Assembly: GCF_018350175.1 (NCBI RefSeq)
Contig: NC_058369.1
Span: forward strand, 27,654,001 to 27,718,000
Source: Felis catus
Lineage: Eukaryota
Length of the DNA: 64,000 nt
Reading direction: 5' to 3'
Numbering within the stretch: the stretch's first letter is position 1; every line of letters starts with the position of its first letter. The position numbers and the translations under genes are program-made. Of this stretch, positions 1 through 13,102 are shown one piece after another. Below the pieces are notes generated by a model. That model worked only from the letters and a program-made list of their open reading frames with translations, searched no databases and was not told where the DNA came from.

Positions 1-117
1 CATTAATTCCAGGTGCCTCTCTTCTATTAATCTGGAACTCTGGAATATTCCTGACTGTACTTTTCTCCTGATTATTTCCTTCCCCCAATCCCACATTCCA
101 TATTATGTAAATGCTTG

Positions 118-165
118 GTAGATGGATGGGTGAATGGATGGATAGATGGATGTGTGGGTAGGTGA
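118..165. repeat. Degenerate (GATG)n microsatellite
   Basis: gtagatggatgggtgaatggatggatagatggatg; possibly the decayed tail of an L2 element. Confidence 0.7.
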
Positions 166-3100
166 TTACAAACTGTTCTTAATTTGTTAGGTTGTTTTAG
201 AAAAAAAGAAAAAAAGAAACCTCATACACACAGATTCTTTTGGCCACTCTTGTCTTTTCCCTCTGCTTCCACATACAAGGATATGGCCCGTGCAGAGCCA
301 TTATGATTACATCGCACATTACTTTCTTTCCAATTGCATTTTTTTTTCTACAAAAGTGTAAGTTTGAAGGTCTTGTCTTTCCAGCTTCATATAAGTGCTT
401 TTTAAAAACTCCTCAAATATGCTTGAGTGTCTGGAGCAAATAGCTCATCCTGAAAACAATCAGCCTTGCACGGTCTGCCAAGGGGATGTATTCTTTGCTC
501 AGCATTAACTTTAATAAGAGTTACTATGGTTCTCTCTCAGGAGAAAAGAAGAAACCCACCCTTTCTTTGGATAGCTTGTGACCTTGACAAATTAATTCTA
601 GGATGTTCTCTTTGCTACAAAGAGTATCTAGAATATGTTTTTTTTTATACACCATATCAGAACATTAATCCACAGAGTTATTCCCTCTGGGTATTTTTCT
701 GTTGGGTATACAATAAAGGATTTGGATGCAAATGGAACAATTATGGCATTTTTCCTTGTCTTACTCATTCTGTGACAAATGCACATTGCTTTACTGTTTG
801 CCATACACATAATTACAGTTCTTTAATTTATGTTTCAATAAAATGTATAATAATAAACGTTTACTGCTCCATGAATAAACATTCAAATGAAGCCTCTAAT
901 GGAGGTTACATGTTTCGAAGCAGCTCTGTGGCTTTCTAGAAATCTTGCCCTCTACTTAATGAGCATCATTTCCATAATCTGTGCATTATTGCTTAAGCTT
1001 CCCTTTAGGAATATTTTACAAAGCAAAAAAAAAAAAAGTGAAATATTATCAGTCCAAAGGGAAAAAAATGTTAAGGGGATTAGCAACTTGTCCTGTTAAA
1101 GGGACAGGACAAGCTTTCATGTCCCTCCAGAGATAGTGACACAGTAATTATGGAAATGGTGCTTCCTAATTATCTCACTAGCTGAGTGCATCACTACTAT
1201 AGTTTTCATCTTTAATATCTGGTTTAAATAAAAGTGATGAGAAACCCAGAAAGGTCAGCCATGAAGGGCAAGCTTGTGTTATTTCCATTTCTAGTGCTAA
1301 CAGAGAGACTAAGAAGTAGACCTATAAATTCACAGGAGGTCAGGAGACCACAACATGTAAACTTTTGGGTGTGAAACAGACACACAGTCTGAGTATCAAA
1401 TAGTCACCCAGAAGTAACTGAATCTAGACAAGATCCTAAGTTGGGTTTCAAGTTGATGGTGTCATGCATTATTTTCAATATGAGTTATTTTTTAGGAAAA
1501 TTACTTAATATAATTTTATGTCATTATCATTTCAAAGGTTAATCTATTTCAAATAATTTTTGCAAATTGTGTTCCAAAAAGCAGGTACTTTTTAAAAATA
1601 AATGAAGCATAATGATACTTTTCTTTTCCCTTTGTCCACCAGTGACAACTAGGTTGTTTAACTAGAGAGAGAGAGAAAAAACAAAAAAAAAAAACAAAAA
1701 AAAAACAAGGTGCCAGATAAAATCAAGGAACAAAGATGTGCTGTGGTATGGTAAGATCCAGACACTTAGCCTCTGCAGGAGGGTGATGAACCACATCAGT
1801 TCACGACCTGTCAGTCTGCTTTGTTGGTGGGCTGGCACACTATTTAAACGTTGTCAGGAAGGAATCATTTTACACAGTTAAAAGTCATGTTTCTTTAGTA
1901 TGAAAAAATGTCTCTGTGCCTGCATGCAACATTTTGAGACTTTGCTATTCATTTAACGTAGGAACAGCAGCAAGCAGGGAAGGGTTCCTAAGTGAAGCCC
2001 TCCTTCTCCCACCATTTTGTGATTTTCTATGAATAATGAGTTCCTTGCTTTAAATGTTACTGCAAAATCTTTCAAAAGAACATTCTCTTCCCTTAACATG
2101 AGTTGAATACAAGATTTTCATCATTTCAATATGGCTATTTTCACATGCGACTTCAACAAAATAAAACATTCAGCATAAATAGATTTAGTGTGATCCAAAT
2201 TTTATCATATTTCTCCCTTGGATTTTTTTTTTTCACATTCCACTCTTCTCTTGGTACATATGCTTTCTTGTTTTCTAATGTTCCTGAATTAACAAATTAG
2301 GCAGAGCCATCGTTTGCAGGGTTACATTTTCCTTCTAATTCAAGTGAGCAGGTATTGATTTTGGAGTCATGCTTTTAGAAATGAATCCTCTTTTAGGATG
2401 GGCCAATTCTCAACCTACGGAGCTGCTAAGTGGAGCTGCTACTTCCTACAAAAGTTCTACTCAGATACTCTGTAGAGATCATGAACTTCATAATGAGATT
2501 CTTTTCAAAGTAATCATTGTGAAATATACCAGAAAAAAGCACCCTCACCCACCTTCCTGCAACCCACGAGTACTGATTTGATAGCTCAAGACAGGATAAA
2601 TGACTCCGATTAGGCCAATGATCCCCAGTTTTATCGGGACCTCCTAAATCATATCTCAGTTTGGGTCTAAAATGATGATACTAGGAGCATCCGGAGGGCT
2701 GCATATCATCTCAGCCTGGCTCCCACACAAGGAGCCAGGGAGATTTGTGGGACCCTGTCTGGTGGCTTTGAGGCACAAACTATGAATACTGCTAAGGCAA
2801 TAATAATAAAAAAAGGAAACAGGCAGTGGGGAAAGCCCTGGGACTATCCCTCGTTTTTCTCATAATATACTTTATTGTTCAATGAGACAGAGTGATTCCA
2901 TAGGCAGTGCCCAGAAATTAGATAATATGAGAAATCAATAATGTTTCCTTTCCTGGGTGATTTCAGCAACTGAGGCCCCTGGGATTTATGTTGACTCAAC
3001 TTTTTTAGTCCAGAATGGGACACTTGCTCGCTTCAGTCTCCATGGTTCAACACGGACTGGCCATTAATGGAAGACACATTGCAGCATGTCATTTGGTCCC

Positions 3101-3734
3101 AACCCTCCCACAGGGAGGGAACTGCAGTGGGGTGTTAGCAGTGGCTCCCATTTGCCAGGAATCTGACTGCAGACCTGAGATTTACGGTGGTGGAGCCCTT
3201 TGAGGAACACTTAGCATAAATGCTCCCTCATGGCATGGGTCAGAATTGGTTGTACAGGCAGTGAAGTGAGGTGAACAGTTGATGATGATTTTCCTGTGCC
3301 TTCTAATCTTCAAAATTAACTTCTGGTCAAAAAGGGCCATCCAATGGCTGACTATCTTGTAGCACATAAAGAAACAAATGTCAGGCTGGTGTTGGCTTAG
3401 GACACTGTGGGTCCCTGGCTGCTGCCAGCGTTGACTTCATTCATTAATGTGATGAACCAACAATTCATCTTTTAAAATGAATTATGCAAGCAGGCCACAC
3501 CAGGCTCATGTATGTGAAAGTTGGTAATCACGTTTTGCTCCTGAGAAATGTCACATGTCCATCAGCAGACAGTCAGTCCAAGGAAGAGGGCGTCACAGAT
3601 AATGGTAAATGTCTACATCTTAGAGCCGGTTCAGGTTGTAAAGTGCTTTCCATGAACATGCAATCACCACGTCTAGACTCCAGGGCAAGCATAGATTTCA
3701 CATTAAGCCTAGTGACAGAAGGTTCAGGTCCCTA

Positions 3735-3990
3735 GCACTACGTGGTAGGTTAACGAAGCACACATTCTACAGCTGGACCCCCTGGGCTCAGTTCCTAGTC
3801 CTGCCACTAACCAGCTGTGGAGCCTAGCCTAAACCAGTTACTCACCTCAGAGCTTCAGATTCCTCCTCGGTAAAACAAACACCCCCACAGGGTTGTTGTG
3901 AGGATTGAGTGGGTTAGTATTACAGAGTACTAATATTTGGAACTTAGTAAGCACCACGTAAGTGCTCGCCAGCTATCACTGCTGCCACTG
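3735..3990 (+). mobile_element. MIR SINE (ancient)
   Basis: Core-like 'cctagtcctgccactaaccagctgtg...cctcagagcttcagattcctcctcggtaaaa...cagggttgttgtgaggattgagt'. Confidence 0.7.
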
Positions 3991-4324
3991 CCATCACCAC
4001 CTCTACAACTGCCACTTGGCCTCAAAAATTCTTATCTTTTTAAATTAAATTTTTAAATGAATATTCATTACGTGAGTCATCTTAGGACTCTCTTTTAAGG
4101 ACCTTAAGCCATTAAAAACAATTCTGTTGAAGCAAATTCTATAAAACAGACAGAAGTGGAACCATTCTCCGGACACCATTGTGTGACCCCACAATATATC
4201 CTGCGCTCATAAAGCCCTGGAGTTTCCCTAGAGCACAGTGTGAAAACGATTACTTTCAACCCACTGGGAAGCAAGAGCAAAAGCAGAGAAGTGGGTGCCT
4301 CTCCCCTCAGGTTACAAATACCCA

Positions 4325-4585
4325 GGCAGCAGAGCTTAGTGGTTAGGAGTGCCAAGCTCTAAAGTCACATCCCCATTCCACCCCTCACTTCCCCTTCCCC
4401 AGGGATCTTGGGAAAGTTGTTTTACATGTAAGCCTTGGTGTCCATATTTATAAATACAGATAAGGAAGTACCTTCTTCAAAGGGCTGAGAGGATTAAATG
4501 AGATAATACATGGAAAGCCTTTCCCACATCTCTTGTCACCATAAGGAATTGCACAAAAAATGTGAGCTGCTCTTCTGGTTATTAC
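4325..4585 (+). mobile_element. MIR SINE (ancient)
   Basis: 'cttagtggttaggagtgccaagctct...atcttgggaaagtt...gaggattaaatgagataata'. Confidence 0.7.
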
Positions 4586-4615
4586 TACTCGGGTGTCTGC
4601 TCAAGTGTTACCTCC

Positions 4616-4949
4616 TGTGATAGATGGAATTTTTGTGTGCCCCTAAAATTCATATGCTGAAATCCTAACCCTATTTCCTAATGTGATGGTATGAGGAAGT
4701 GAGGTCTTTGGGAGGTAAATAGGTCACAAGGGTGGAGCCCTCATGAATAAGATTCCTGCCCTTATGAAAATACAGGAGCCAGTTTGCTTACTGTGGCCAC
4801 CTGCAACCAGGAAGTAGGCTCTCACCCGACACCAGCTCTGAGGGCACCTTTATCTTGGACTTCTCAGCCTCCAGAACAGTAAGAAACAAATGTTGCTGTT
4901 TAAGCCATCCAGTCTATGGTGTCCTATTATAGCAGCCCAAACTATGACA
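4616..4949 (+). mobile_element. MaLR solo LTR (MLT1A-like)
   Basis: TG...CA ends and a perfect 5-bp TSD CCTCC (4611-15 / 4950-54); MLT1 motifs 'cccctaaaattcatatgctgaaatcctaacc', 'atcttggacttctcagcctccagaac', 'tttaagccatccagtctatgg...atagcagcccaaact'. Confidence 0.88.
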
Positions 4950-5055
4950 CCTCCCTAGTGAGGACTTAGTTCTTTTATATAAAAGAAGCCCCATTATTAC
5001 ACAGTCTCTCCTCTTTCCCTACATGAAATGACAATCTATATTTGTTTACATTTTC

Positions 5056-5078
5056 TTTTTTTTTTTAAGTTTATTTAT

Positions 5079-5127
<49 letters not shown>

Positions 5128-5283
5128 CAGAGGGAAAGAGAGAGAGAGAGGGTGAGAATCCCAGGCAGGCTCAGGCTATCAGTGCAGAGCCCCAGGTGGG
5201 GCTTGATCTCATGAACTGTGAGATCATGACCTGAGCTAAGATCAAGTCAGGTGCCTAATCAACTGACCCACCCAGGCACCCCT
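5056..5283 (-). mobile_element. Can-SINE (felid SINEC type)
   Basis: Poly(T)/tttattt, long (GA)n, 'tgagatcatgacctgagc', ending 'cacccaggcacccc' (reverse complement of the tRNA-derived head). Confidence 0.93.
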
Positions 5284-7769
5284 ACCTGTTCATTTTTTGA
5301 CATATCCACAGCTGGGATCCCATTTCGTGAAATCATACCTAGCACACAGTCAATAGACATATGGAGAATGGATGGGTTAAGAGAAATAGGAGGAAGAGGA
5401 GAGAGGAAGCATCCCAACTCAATGTTCAAGAGATCACAGGAAACTCTACTGGACCTGAATCTAGGAGGTAGAAATCTGTAAAGCAAAAGCAAAACTGATG
5501 GTATATACTAATGTGCATATAATTGTATAAGGTGATTGTTCTGAAACTGTCAACTACTCTTAACAGTAGGGTAGTTGCTCTGCTATGAAATCTCAAAAAA
5601 GGTAGGGGGGAATGGGTGAATCAAATCAGCTTGGGGTGAGCCACAATGAAAGTCCTGCCAAAGATATAAGGATGTCACTGGGACACAAATATCCTCACTG
5701 GCCTCGTACCTAGTTTTCTCCTAAAAATGGCTCTACATTGTGATTGTGCAGTCTCTCTCTCTCTCAGAGCTGGCTTTATTTTGTCCATGCAAAAGTCCTC
5801 CATATATTCTCTTATATCCTAAAATATTTTGTAGCTTCCTGCCATGGGTATTGTGCAGTTACACAACTACAGCTGGGATTCCTCATCGGTTTTAGGTCTA
5901 CTTTGAGGACCTGTGTAATATTTGGACTCAAAATGGGATCACCCATTGGAGAGAGCCTATGAGGCTCAGGACTATACTCCATGCACCATGCTGTCATGAC
6001 CTCTGTAAGGGCTACCAGAAACCCAGGAGAGGAAGGCACACACCACTACGGGATGCAGTGAGGGTAAGTGCCCCTGGGCTCCCTGATATCCCCAAATGAG
6101 ATATGGTGTGGCTGGTTAAGGGGAGAAGGACTATGGTGAAGTAAGGTGGCTGAACTGGAAATGGTTGGGAATTGGGCGCATGTAGGGGGGGAAGCATGAG
6201 ACACCATGTTACTTTTGAGAGCACTGACTCTCAACTTCCAAGAGTTTTCCCTCAACTGTATCTCTAGAACAGTCAGTTAAAGCCCGTCAGGCCTTGGGAT
6301 CTGAATTCTTCTCATGATCTCTGTCTTGTTTCCTAAAGTGGCCTCAGTTAGAAGGGGTGGATCCTGGCAAACCATTTATACCGCTGTCATTGGGGAGGCT
6401 ATAGTATCTTGACAGAGGTACTCCAGCTGCTCTAACTATTTCAACCACACTCCAGGCTGTGTTCCCCTCCACTTCTCTGAACCCCTTATTCGGGTTGCAT
6501 CCATATTTAGCCTCTCATCCTAAATCCTACAGGCAGCCCCTTCAGCTCACAGGCCAACATCAGCCTCACCCTCCATCTTTTCAGAGATCTTTGGAAACCA
6601 TATCCCATGCCTCTTCCATGAACCACCCTCTGGCCAACATTCCAGGGCTCCAACTTGATGCCCTAAACCCAGCCTGAGCCCAGGTCTCATCTTTACCTCC
6701 TAACAGGCCTAGGGATGACTTTTACGAGATTGATGGCTAATTATTTAACCAAGAATGGGATGGCCAAAGGAAATTATATTTACAAGACAGAAAAAGGTTT
6801 TTCTTGAATAAAACAGAACAGCAATTCTCCTTTCTCCAAGAGAACTCACTTGGCCATTCCTCCCAAACGGTGTTTTCTAGGACCAGCTGCCTCATTCTTC
6901 TTCTCATCTGTAGAACTCCATTCTCAGCTAGGACTCCCTCTAGGTGGCTCTGCCTCAGAGACTGCATACTTAAACTGGTTGCAACCAGAATGCTGAGCCC
7001 ACTATTTGGAGCAGGGACCTGCCCTCCTATTATACTAGTAACAAGAAAAATAAGGCATCACAATAAATCCATGGGTGCATCTCTGAGAGCACAGATTTGC
7101 TCAGATTTCACTCCTTGCTTCAGAAACTCTTGCAAAAGGCAGGCAACAAAGCAGAAAATGGCAACTGCAGGGAGACTGGGGCTCAGGGCTTAGAAGAGAA
7201 TGCTGGCGAGCACCAAGCATTTTCAGGTTGACAGAAGTCAAAGAATTTTTTTAGGACTGGGATCAAAGGGAGATTAGGCAGCTGGATAGGAAGCAGACAA
7301 AGAAATATTCTCAACTTCAAATAAATCAGCATGGAAATTGGAGGATTTATATCTTGGTGATGGAAAAGGGAGAAGAACAGTAACACCTGTTCTATTTGAA
7401 ATGCACCGCCCACCCTTCTCCCAGCCTTTCTCTGCATGGAAGACAAAGAGAGGGACCCTTGGGGACCTTCCCTTCAATGAGAACCATTGAATGCAAGTGG
7501 AAATCAGAACAACTCCATTTTCCTTGGCTAATTACAGAAGCCACTTTCCTGCCACCTGAGTACAGGCATCAGTGCTGTCCTAGAACACCTGTCATACTTA
7601 ACAGTGGTTTTTCAGAATGTTGTCACTCTCTCAAGTATGAAGACCAGCCCAGGAGAGGGGGAAAGCTCCACCACAGGAATTCCTCTATACCCAAATATCC
7701 TTTTTTTGCTGCGCAGATGTCCTGGCTCAACAGAACTTACACATCCCGGAAAGCCACAAGCAGCATCAT

Positions 7770-8035
7770 GAAGAAGATGGTGGGACAAATGTGGCTCTGG
7801 AGCTGGACTGAATGTATTTGAATCCCCATCTCACCACTTACTCTCTGTGTGACCCAGGGCAAGCTATCTGACTTCTCCATGCCCCAGTTCCCTGGTCTGC
7901 AAGATAGACATAACATTTTATAAATCTCATATCATTTTCCCCTTTGAGAATTAGGAATAAATTACAGAAAATAAATACTCAGCAAAGGCTTAGTGTACAG
8001 TAGGTACTCTTTAAATGTTAGTTATTGTTATCATT
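7770..8035 (+). mobile_element. MIR SINE (ancient)
   Basis: 'tttgaatccccatctcaccacttactctctgtgtgacccagggcaagctatctgacttctccatgccccagttc...cagtaggtactc'. Confidence 0.75.
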
Positions 8036-8059
8036 TTTATTTCATTGGCAACTTAAAAA

Positions 8060-8849
8060 AATATTTTTCACACTGAGATAATTATAGATCCAAAGGAAGT
8101 TGCAAAAATAGAAAGATCCTGTGCAGTGTACCCTTCACCTAGTTTCTCCAAGTACTGAACAATGGCATATGGATGGCACCACACAGCTACAGTACAACAT
8201 CAAGTCAGGAAATTGACACTGGCACAATGTGTGCATAGTTCAAAGTCATTTTAGCACATGTGTAGACACATAAACACCACTGCACTCAAGATACAGAACA
8301 AATCCATGAAGCCAAAGATCTCCTTTGTGCCCTCTTATAGTCACACTCTCCCCTACTGCCTGTCACTCCAGGAACCAGTAATCCATTCTCTGTCTCTATA
8401 ATGTTGTTATTTTGGGAATGCCATATAAATGGAATCATATATTATTTAGCCTTTTGAGATTTTTTTTTTCCACTCAGCTCTTGAGATCCATCCATGCTGT
8501 TGCATGTATCAGTCATTCATGCCTTCTTATTGCTGAGTAGTTTTCCACAGTAGGGATGTACCAGTTTGTTGAACCACTCACTTACTGAAGGATCTTACCA
8601 TGTTGTCCAGTTTTGGGCCACTCCGAACATTCATATACAAGTTTTTGTGTGCACATAAGTTTTCACCTCTCTGGAATAAGTGCCCAGAAGTATAATTGCT
8701 GGCTAAGTATGTTTGGTTTTTATATTCTCACCAGAGGGATTCAGTTTCTCTACAAGCTCACCAGGTATTCTGTGTTGTCATTTTATCTATTCTAATCTGT
8801 GTATAGTGATAAGTCATTGTGGTCTTAATTTGCATCTCCCTGAGGGCTG
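8060..8849 (-). mobile_element. Old L1M (L1MC-like) 3' region, part 1
   Basis: Antisense L1M motifs 'atataaatggaatcatata', 'ttgagatccatccatgctgttgcatgtatc', 'gtggtcttaatttgcatctccctga'. Confidence 0.75.
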
Positions 8850-9683
8850 TGAAGCTGGCATCCATCTCCTTACTTTAGATGAAAGAATGAACACCAGGGG
8901 TGATACTGTCCCCAGACATGGCCAGGGAACACTAAGACCCAGGCCCAAGAGATAGGAATGCCTGTGTGTCATGTAAGGTAACATGAAGAAATGTAACTCC
9001 ACTAGCTGATGCACGTACAGTGAGTTTGAGGATGGACAGAAAGCAAAGCAGCACTATCCTGAACTCAGAGGCACCAGATACACATAATGACATCTCTAAC
9101 AAACAACAAAGATATTTTGCATACTTCAATTTTTTTTTTGTGATGGAACAGACCTCCATAGGACCAGACAGAGTAGCACCAGAGGCAACTAAGTAACATC
9201 TATTAATATGACTTCATGAGCTGGGGCGCCTGGGTGGCTCAGTTGATTACCCGTCTGACTCTTGATTTCGGCTCAGGTCATGATCTCAGGGTTCATGAGT
9301 TGAAGCTCCATATTAGGTTCTGTGCTGACTGCACAGACTCCTCTTGGGATTCTCTGTTTTTCTCTCTCTCTCTGCCCCTCCCTGCTCTCTCTCTCTCAAA
9401 AATAAAATGTGAACAAGCATTTAAAAAATAAAATAAAAATGTGACTTCATGGGTCTCTAATCAATAGCATCTACCTTGTCAGAGGACCCCTGTCCTAAAT
9501 TTTGCCCTTAAAAAACCCCACTTGTAAGCCATTGAGAATTTGAGACTTTAAACATTACCCCTCCCATTCTCCAGGTGGCACATCAATAAATAACCTATTT
9601 TTCTCCACTGAAAAAGCTCCATGCCAGTCTTTCATTGACTTGCTGTGCATCAGGTGGACACGCTCTTGTTTGGTTTTGTTACA
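8850..9683 (+). mobile_element. Solo LTR, probably ERV1 class, inserted in L1M and interrupted by a SINE
   Basis: Starts TG, ends CA, 4-bp TSD GCTG (8846-49 / 9684-87), AATAAA near 9585; the flanks rejoin as L1M 'catctccctgagggctg|gtgatgtcaaacatcttttcatgtgc'. Confidence 0.75.
9223..9437 (+). mobile_element. Can-SINE inside the LTR
   Basis: Head ggggcgcctgggtggctcag, (CT)n, A-rich tail; TSD aat(a/g)tgacttcatg(a/g)g at 9205-9220 / 9438-9453. Confidence 0.95.
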
Positions 9684-9850
9684 GCTGGTGATGTCAAACA
9701 TCTTTTCATGTGCTTTTTTGCCACATTATGTCCTTGTCGATGAAGTATCTTTTCATGCCTTTTGTACATTTTCTAATAGAATTTTTCATTTTTTCTATTA
9801 TAGCAGTTTGAGTGTCCTTAAACATTCTAGATGAGACTTTTATCAGTAAC
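9684..9850 (-). mobile_element. Old L1M, part 2 (continues 8060-8849)
   Basis: 'gatgtcaaacatcttttcatgtgctttttt...tgaagtatcttttcatgccttttgtacattttctaat'. Confidence 0.7.
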
Positions 9851-9917
9851 TTTGTAAATTTCAAGACTCCTTCCTTGGTCCCTTCAGCTGGAGATCATCT
9901 CTTCTTTCCTTAACTTT

Positions 9918-9996
9918 TTAAAAATATTTTTTAAAGTTTTTAAATTTTTTAATTTATTTTGAGAGAGAGAGAGAGAGAGAGAGAGAGCATGGGAAG

Positions 9997-10040
<44 letters not shown>

Positions 10041-10166
10041 CCCAAGCAGGCCCTACACTATCAGCGCAGATCCTAATGCATGGCTTGAACTCAAGAACCC
10101 TGAGATCATGACCTGAGCCAAAACCAACAGTCAGACACTTAACCAACTGAGCCACCCAGGTGCCCC
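9918..10166 (-). mobile_element. Can-SINE
   Basis: T-rich tail, two (GA)n tracts, 'aaccaactgagccacccaggtgcccc'; near-perfect TSD tctttcc(t/c)taactt. Confidence 0.95.
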
Positions 10167-11169
10167 TCTTTCCCTAACTTCTTTTCCAGAAGTTTCACTT
10201 CCGATCTTTGTTTCTATCTACTTTGGCTCTTCCATAGGCAGAATTTCTAGCACGCTTACTCATCTATATGTGTACTCCTCAGTGCCTTGCCAAGAGGTGG
10301 GCACTAGCTGCAAGTTCCATTAATGTCCACCAAGTGACTAAATCAAAGATACCTGGATTTTCATTCAGTTCTCCAACACCTTGGTCTGAAGTAGAAACCA
10401 TGGTTAACATGATTATAGAGATTTGGCTTAGATGTAAATCATTTAATACCATAGAAAGGATAACTAATTACAAGAACAAATGCACACATTCAGATGTGTT
10501 AGTGATTAATTTCTCCTGGGCTCCTACACTTCCAGCTAACAATGCAACACAGTGCCATTTATTGAAGAGTATCTATTTATGCCAACCTGTGACTCACATT
10601 TGGCTAATTAAGCACACATGCATTTCAGAACGTGTGATCTGTGGGCTGTGTTTACATATGAACATCATATTCAAAACACAGGCGATTGCTTAGCACCTCT
10701 AACCTATTTCTAGCCTTACATTTAATTAGTGAGAGTTGCTGAGTAGAATGGAACTTGGAATTAAACAAACAGCTACCTTCTTTACAAATCACAACAATGC
10801 ATAATTAGATCATGAGATACCTGAGCTTTGTAGAGTCATTTTTCCAATGGACTTAAAGCTCCAAGAAAGACCACATCACAGGGGGAGTAACACGGGTTAC
10901 ATGGGTAAGGAGACATTGGGGCAGATTCTAGCACTGCTTCCTGGCCCCATTGTGCCTCAGTGTCCTCCCTGGCTGTAAAATAAAGACAAGAATGCAACAG
11001 TCCTTCCCCTTCCCTCTCTTCTTCCCCCTGCCATGGAAGTTCTGTGGATCACAAGTAAATAATAGAGGCAATACAAAAAAGCAAATAAAAAACCTAACTT
11101 TGTTAAAGGAAAGGCACAATATGAAATATAAGAATTATCAATGCAATTAGTTAAGAGGATTTTATTATT

Positions 11170-11560
11170 CTGGTCTTACATGACAAAAGGAAAACAACTG
11201 CCATTCAAGGAGCCTTTCTGTGATCCACCCCCACCTCCCTCCTGACCTTGCCCCCACCCCCGCCCCGTGTCTCCCTCTCCTTGTTCATATATGCCAGCCA
11301 CCCTAACCTTCCTTCCTGGTGATACCAGGCACATTCTGTTCTTGAGGATTCCATACTTGCAAATGGTCCTCCACAGAGAAGCTTTCTCCTGAGCCACCTT
11401 CCAATAAAAACTGTCACCCACCTCCTTTTTATAGCACCTCTTTATATTTCTTCCATTCCTTACCACTATCTGCAAGTATTGTGTTTGTTTCATTGCTTTC
11501 TCTTCCACTTCCTCCACTATCCTCCAGAATGAGGAACAGCAAACAATGGTCCTGCCTTAT
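11170..11560 (+). mobile_element. L2 LINE 3' fragment
   Basis: 'caggcacattctgttcttgagga...agaagctttctcctgagccacc...ttatagcacct...tgaggaacagcaaacaatggtc' resembles the L2 3' region. Confidence 0.5.
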
Positions 11561-11793
11561 TTCTACACTATGACCTCAGATGAGTTCTCTGGAGTCCCCT
11601 GATTTCCTCCAGGAAAGATCTCGTAGGCACTCAGAGAGATTCTTCCTTTCATTTTACAAAACTTTGGAAAACATTGTGAGTTCTAACACTGAGAGTCATT
11701 GTCCTCAAGCTGAGTTTTCAAGAGCCTCCAGGATTCTGCAACCCATAAATGAGACAACTTCATACGAGTAAATAGTAGCAATCATAGGAACAG

Positions 11794-11866
11794 TATTGGG
11801 TTGAACCATAGGAAATGGCTGAGATTTGTTGTTTTGACCCACCCACTTTCATATGGTTAACTAACA
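11794..11866. mobile_element. MADE2-like mariner MITE
   Basis: Terminal inverted arms tattgggttgaaccataggaaa ... tttcatatggttaactaa around 'ttttgacc', ~75 bp. Confidence 0.65.
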
Positions 11867-11879
11867 AGGAGAATGGAAG

Positions 11880-12100
11880 GAGCCTTTGCTAGGTGCCTGG
11901 CTTTGTTTTAAGGGTCTGAAGTCAATGTTAGATTGTTCTCTTCTTACTGCAATCTTCTAATCTATTATAAGCATCCAAGTATTAGAGATGAGAATACCAA
12001 GGATTAAGGAGTTTACGGGATTTGCCCAGAGAATTGGTGGCATCAGGCTACAAACCCAATCCTCTATGATCCTGGAAAGAACTATGTGTGCTCTCTTAGC
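11880..12100 (-). mobile_element. MIR SINE
   Basis: 'gagatgagaataccaaggattaaggagtttacgggatttgcccaga...caaacccaatcctct'. Confidence 0.55.
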
Positions 12101-13102
12101 AACAATTAGTGTGTACTCATCTGGGTTCACAGCAAAGAATGAAGACCAAGTGATAGAGGTTGCTCTTCTGTGATCTATCTTCCAGGACTCCATGGCCACT
12201 GCTATTGAGTGGCAAGCCCTAAGTTACACTGACCCCCAAAGTCACCTAAGTTGACAACTTTCATGGCTACAATCACTGCTTCCAAGAGAAAAATAAATTA
12301 GAGGTAAAATGGCACATCAAAAAATGTTTGTTAGCACTTTCTGCTGATTGTCTTTTATCCAAACAAGGAACTCTGATGATGACCCAGACATTAGCTTATA
12401 ATGCCTCAGCCACCTCTAGTCCTCTTAACACCTGAGACCCTCCAACTACCTCTAAACCTTCAGTCAAGAGAGACCATCAGATCCTGTGGCCCACCATCTA
12501 AGGGAAATGACTTTCTCTATCCAGAATTACACCTAACTTCCCTCTAGAAATTCAGGGTTTCTGAGTCCTACATAGGCCTTTCCATATTATCAGGCCCTGC
12601 TATCAGCCTGCTAGCTCCCTGCCTCCTTCATTCATGGGATCAAAAACCACTATCCCAAGGAAAAGACTCTTCACCGAGCTACTCTCAGTTATATCACCCC
12701 TTCTATCCCAGTTCATCCCTCAGCTCTCACCTTCCCCCAGTCAGAACCTTTGTTTCTCAAAGCTAAGAAGTGGGACTGGTCTTCTCCTGCCCCCAGTGTC
12801 CCTGACAATATTGATCTACATCTACTTAACAGTGCCCTTCTTTACAATTATGCTATTGGGTATGTCAACCCCTTTCTTTATAGCCTTGTTAATATCACCT
12901 GCAGCCTCCATTTATGTCCCCCAAATTCTTTTCTTGGGAGCCATTCTCATGGTCTTCATCTCTGCCTGGCCCAGGATCCTGTTTTTGGTATCCACAGGGC
13001 TACAGCAAATGACTGATATCATAGCCTCACCTAGAAGTTCCTAGGTTCCTTGTACATAAAGTAAATTTCAAGGCCTGTCACTTTAGCTACTACTCTTACA
13101 GT

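Noticed and set aside
5028..5234. ER-repeat ORF (also 13747-14061, 9949-10155, 42541-42812)
   Set aside because: Translations of SINE (GA)n/(CT)n or (TA)n microsatellites.
9223..9310. tRNA-like sequences at SINE heads
   Set aside because: They are tRNA-derived Can-SINE promoters, not tRNA genes.
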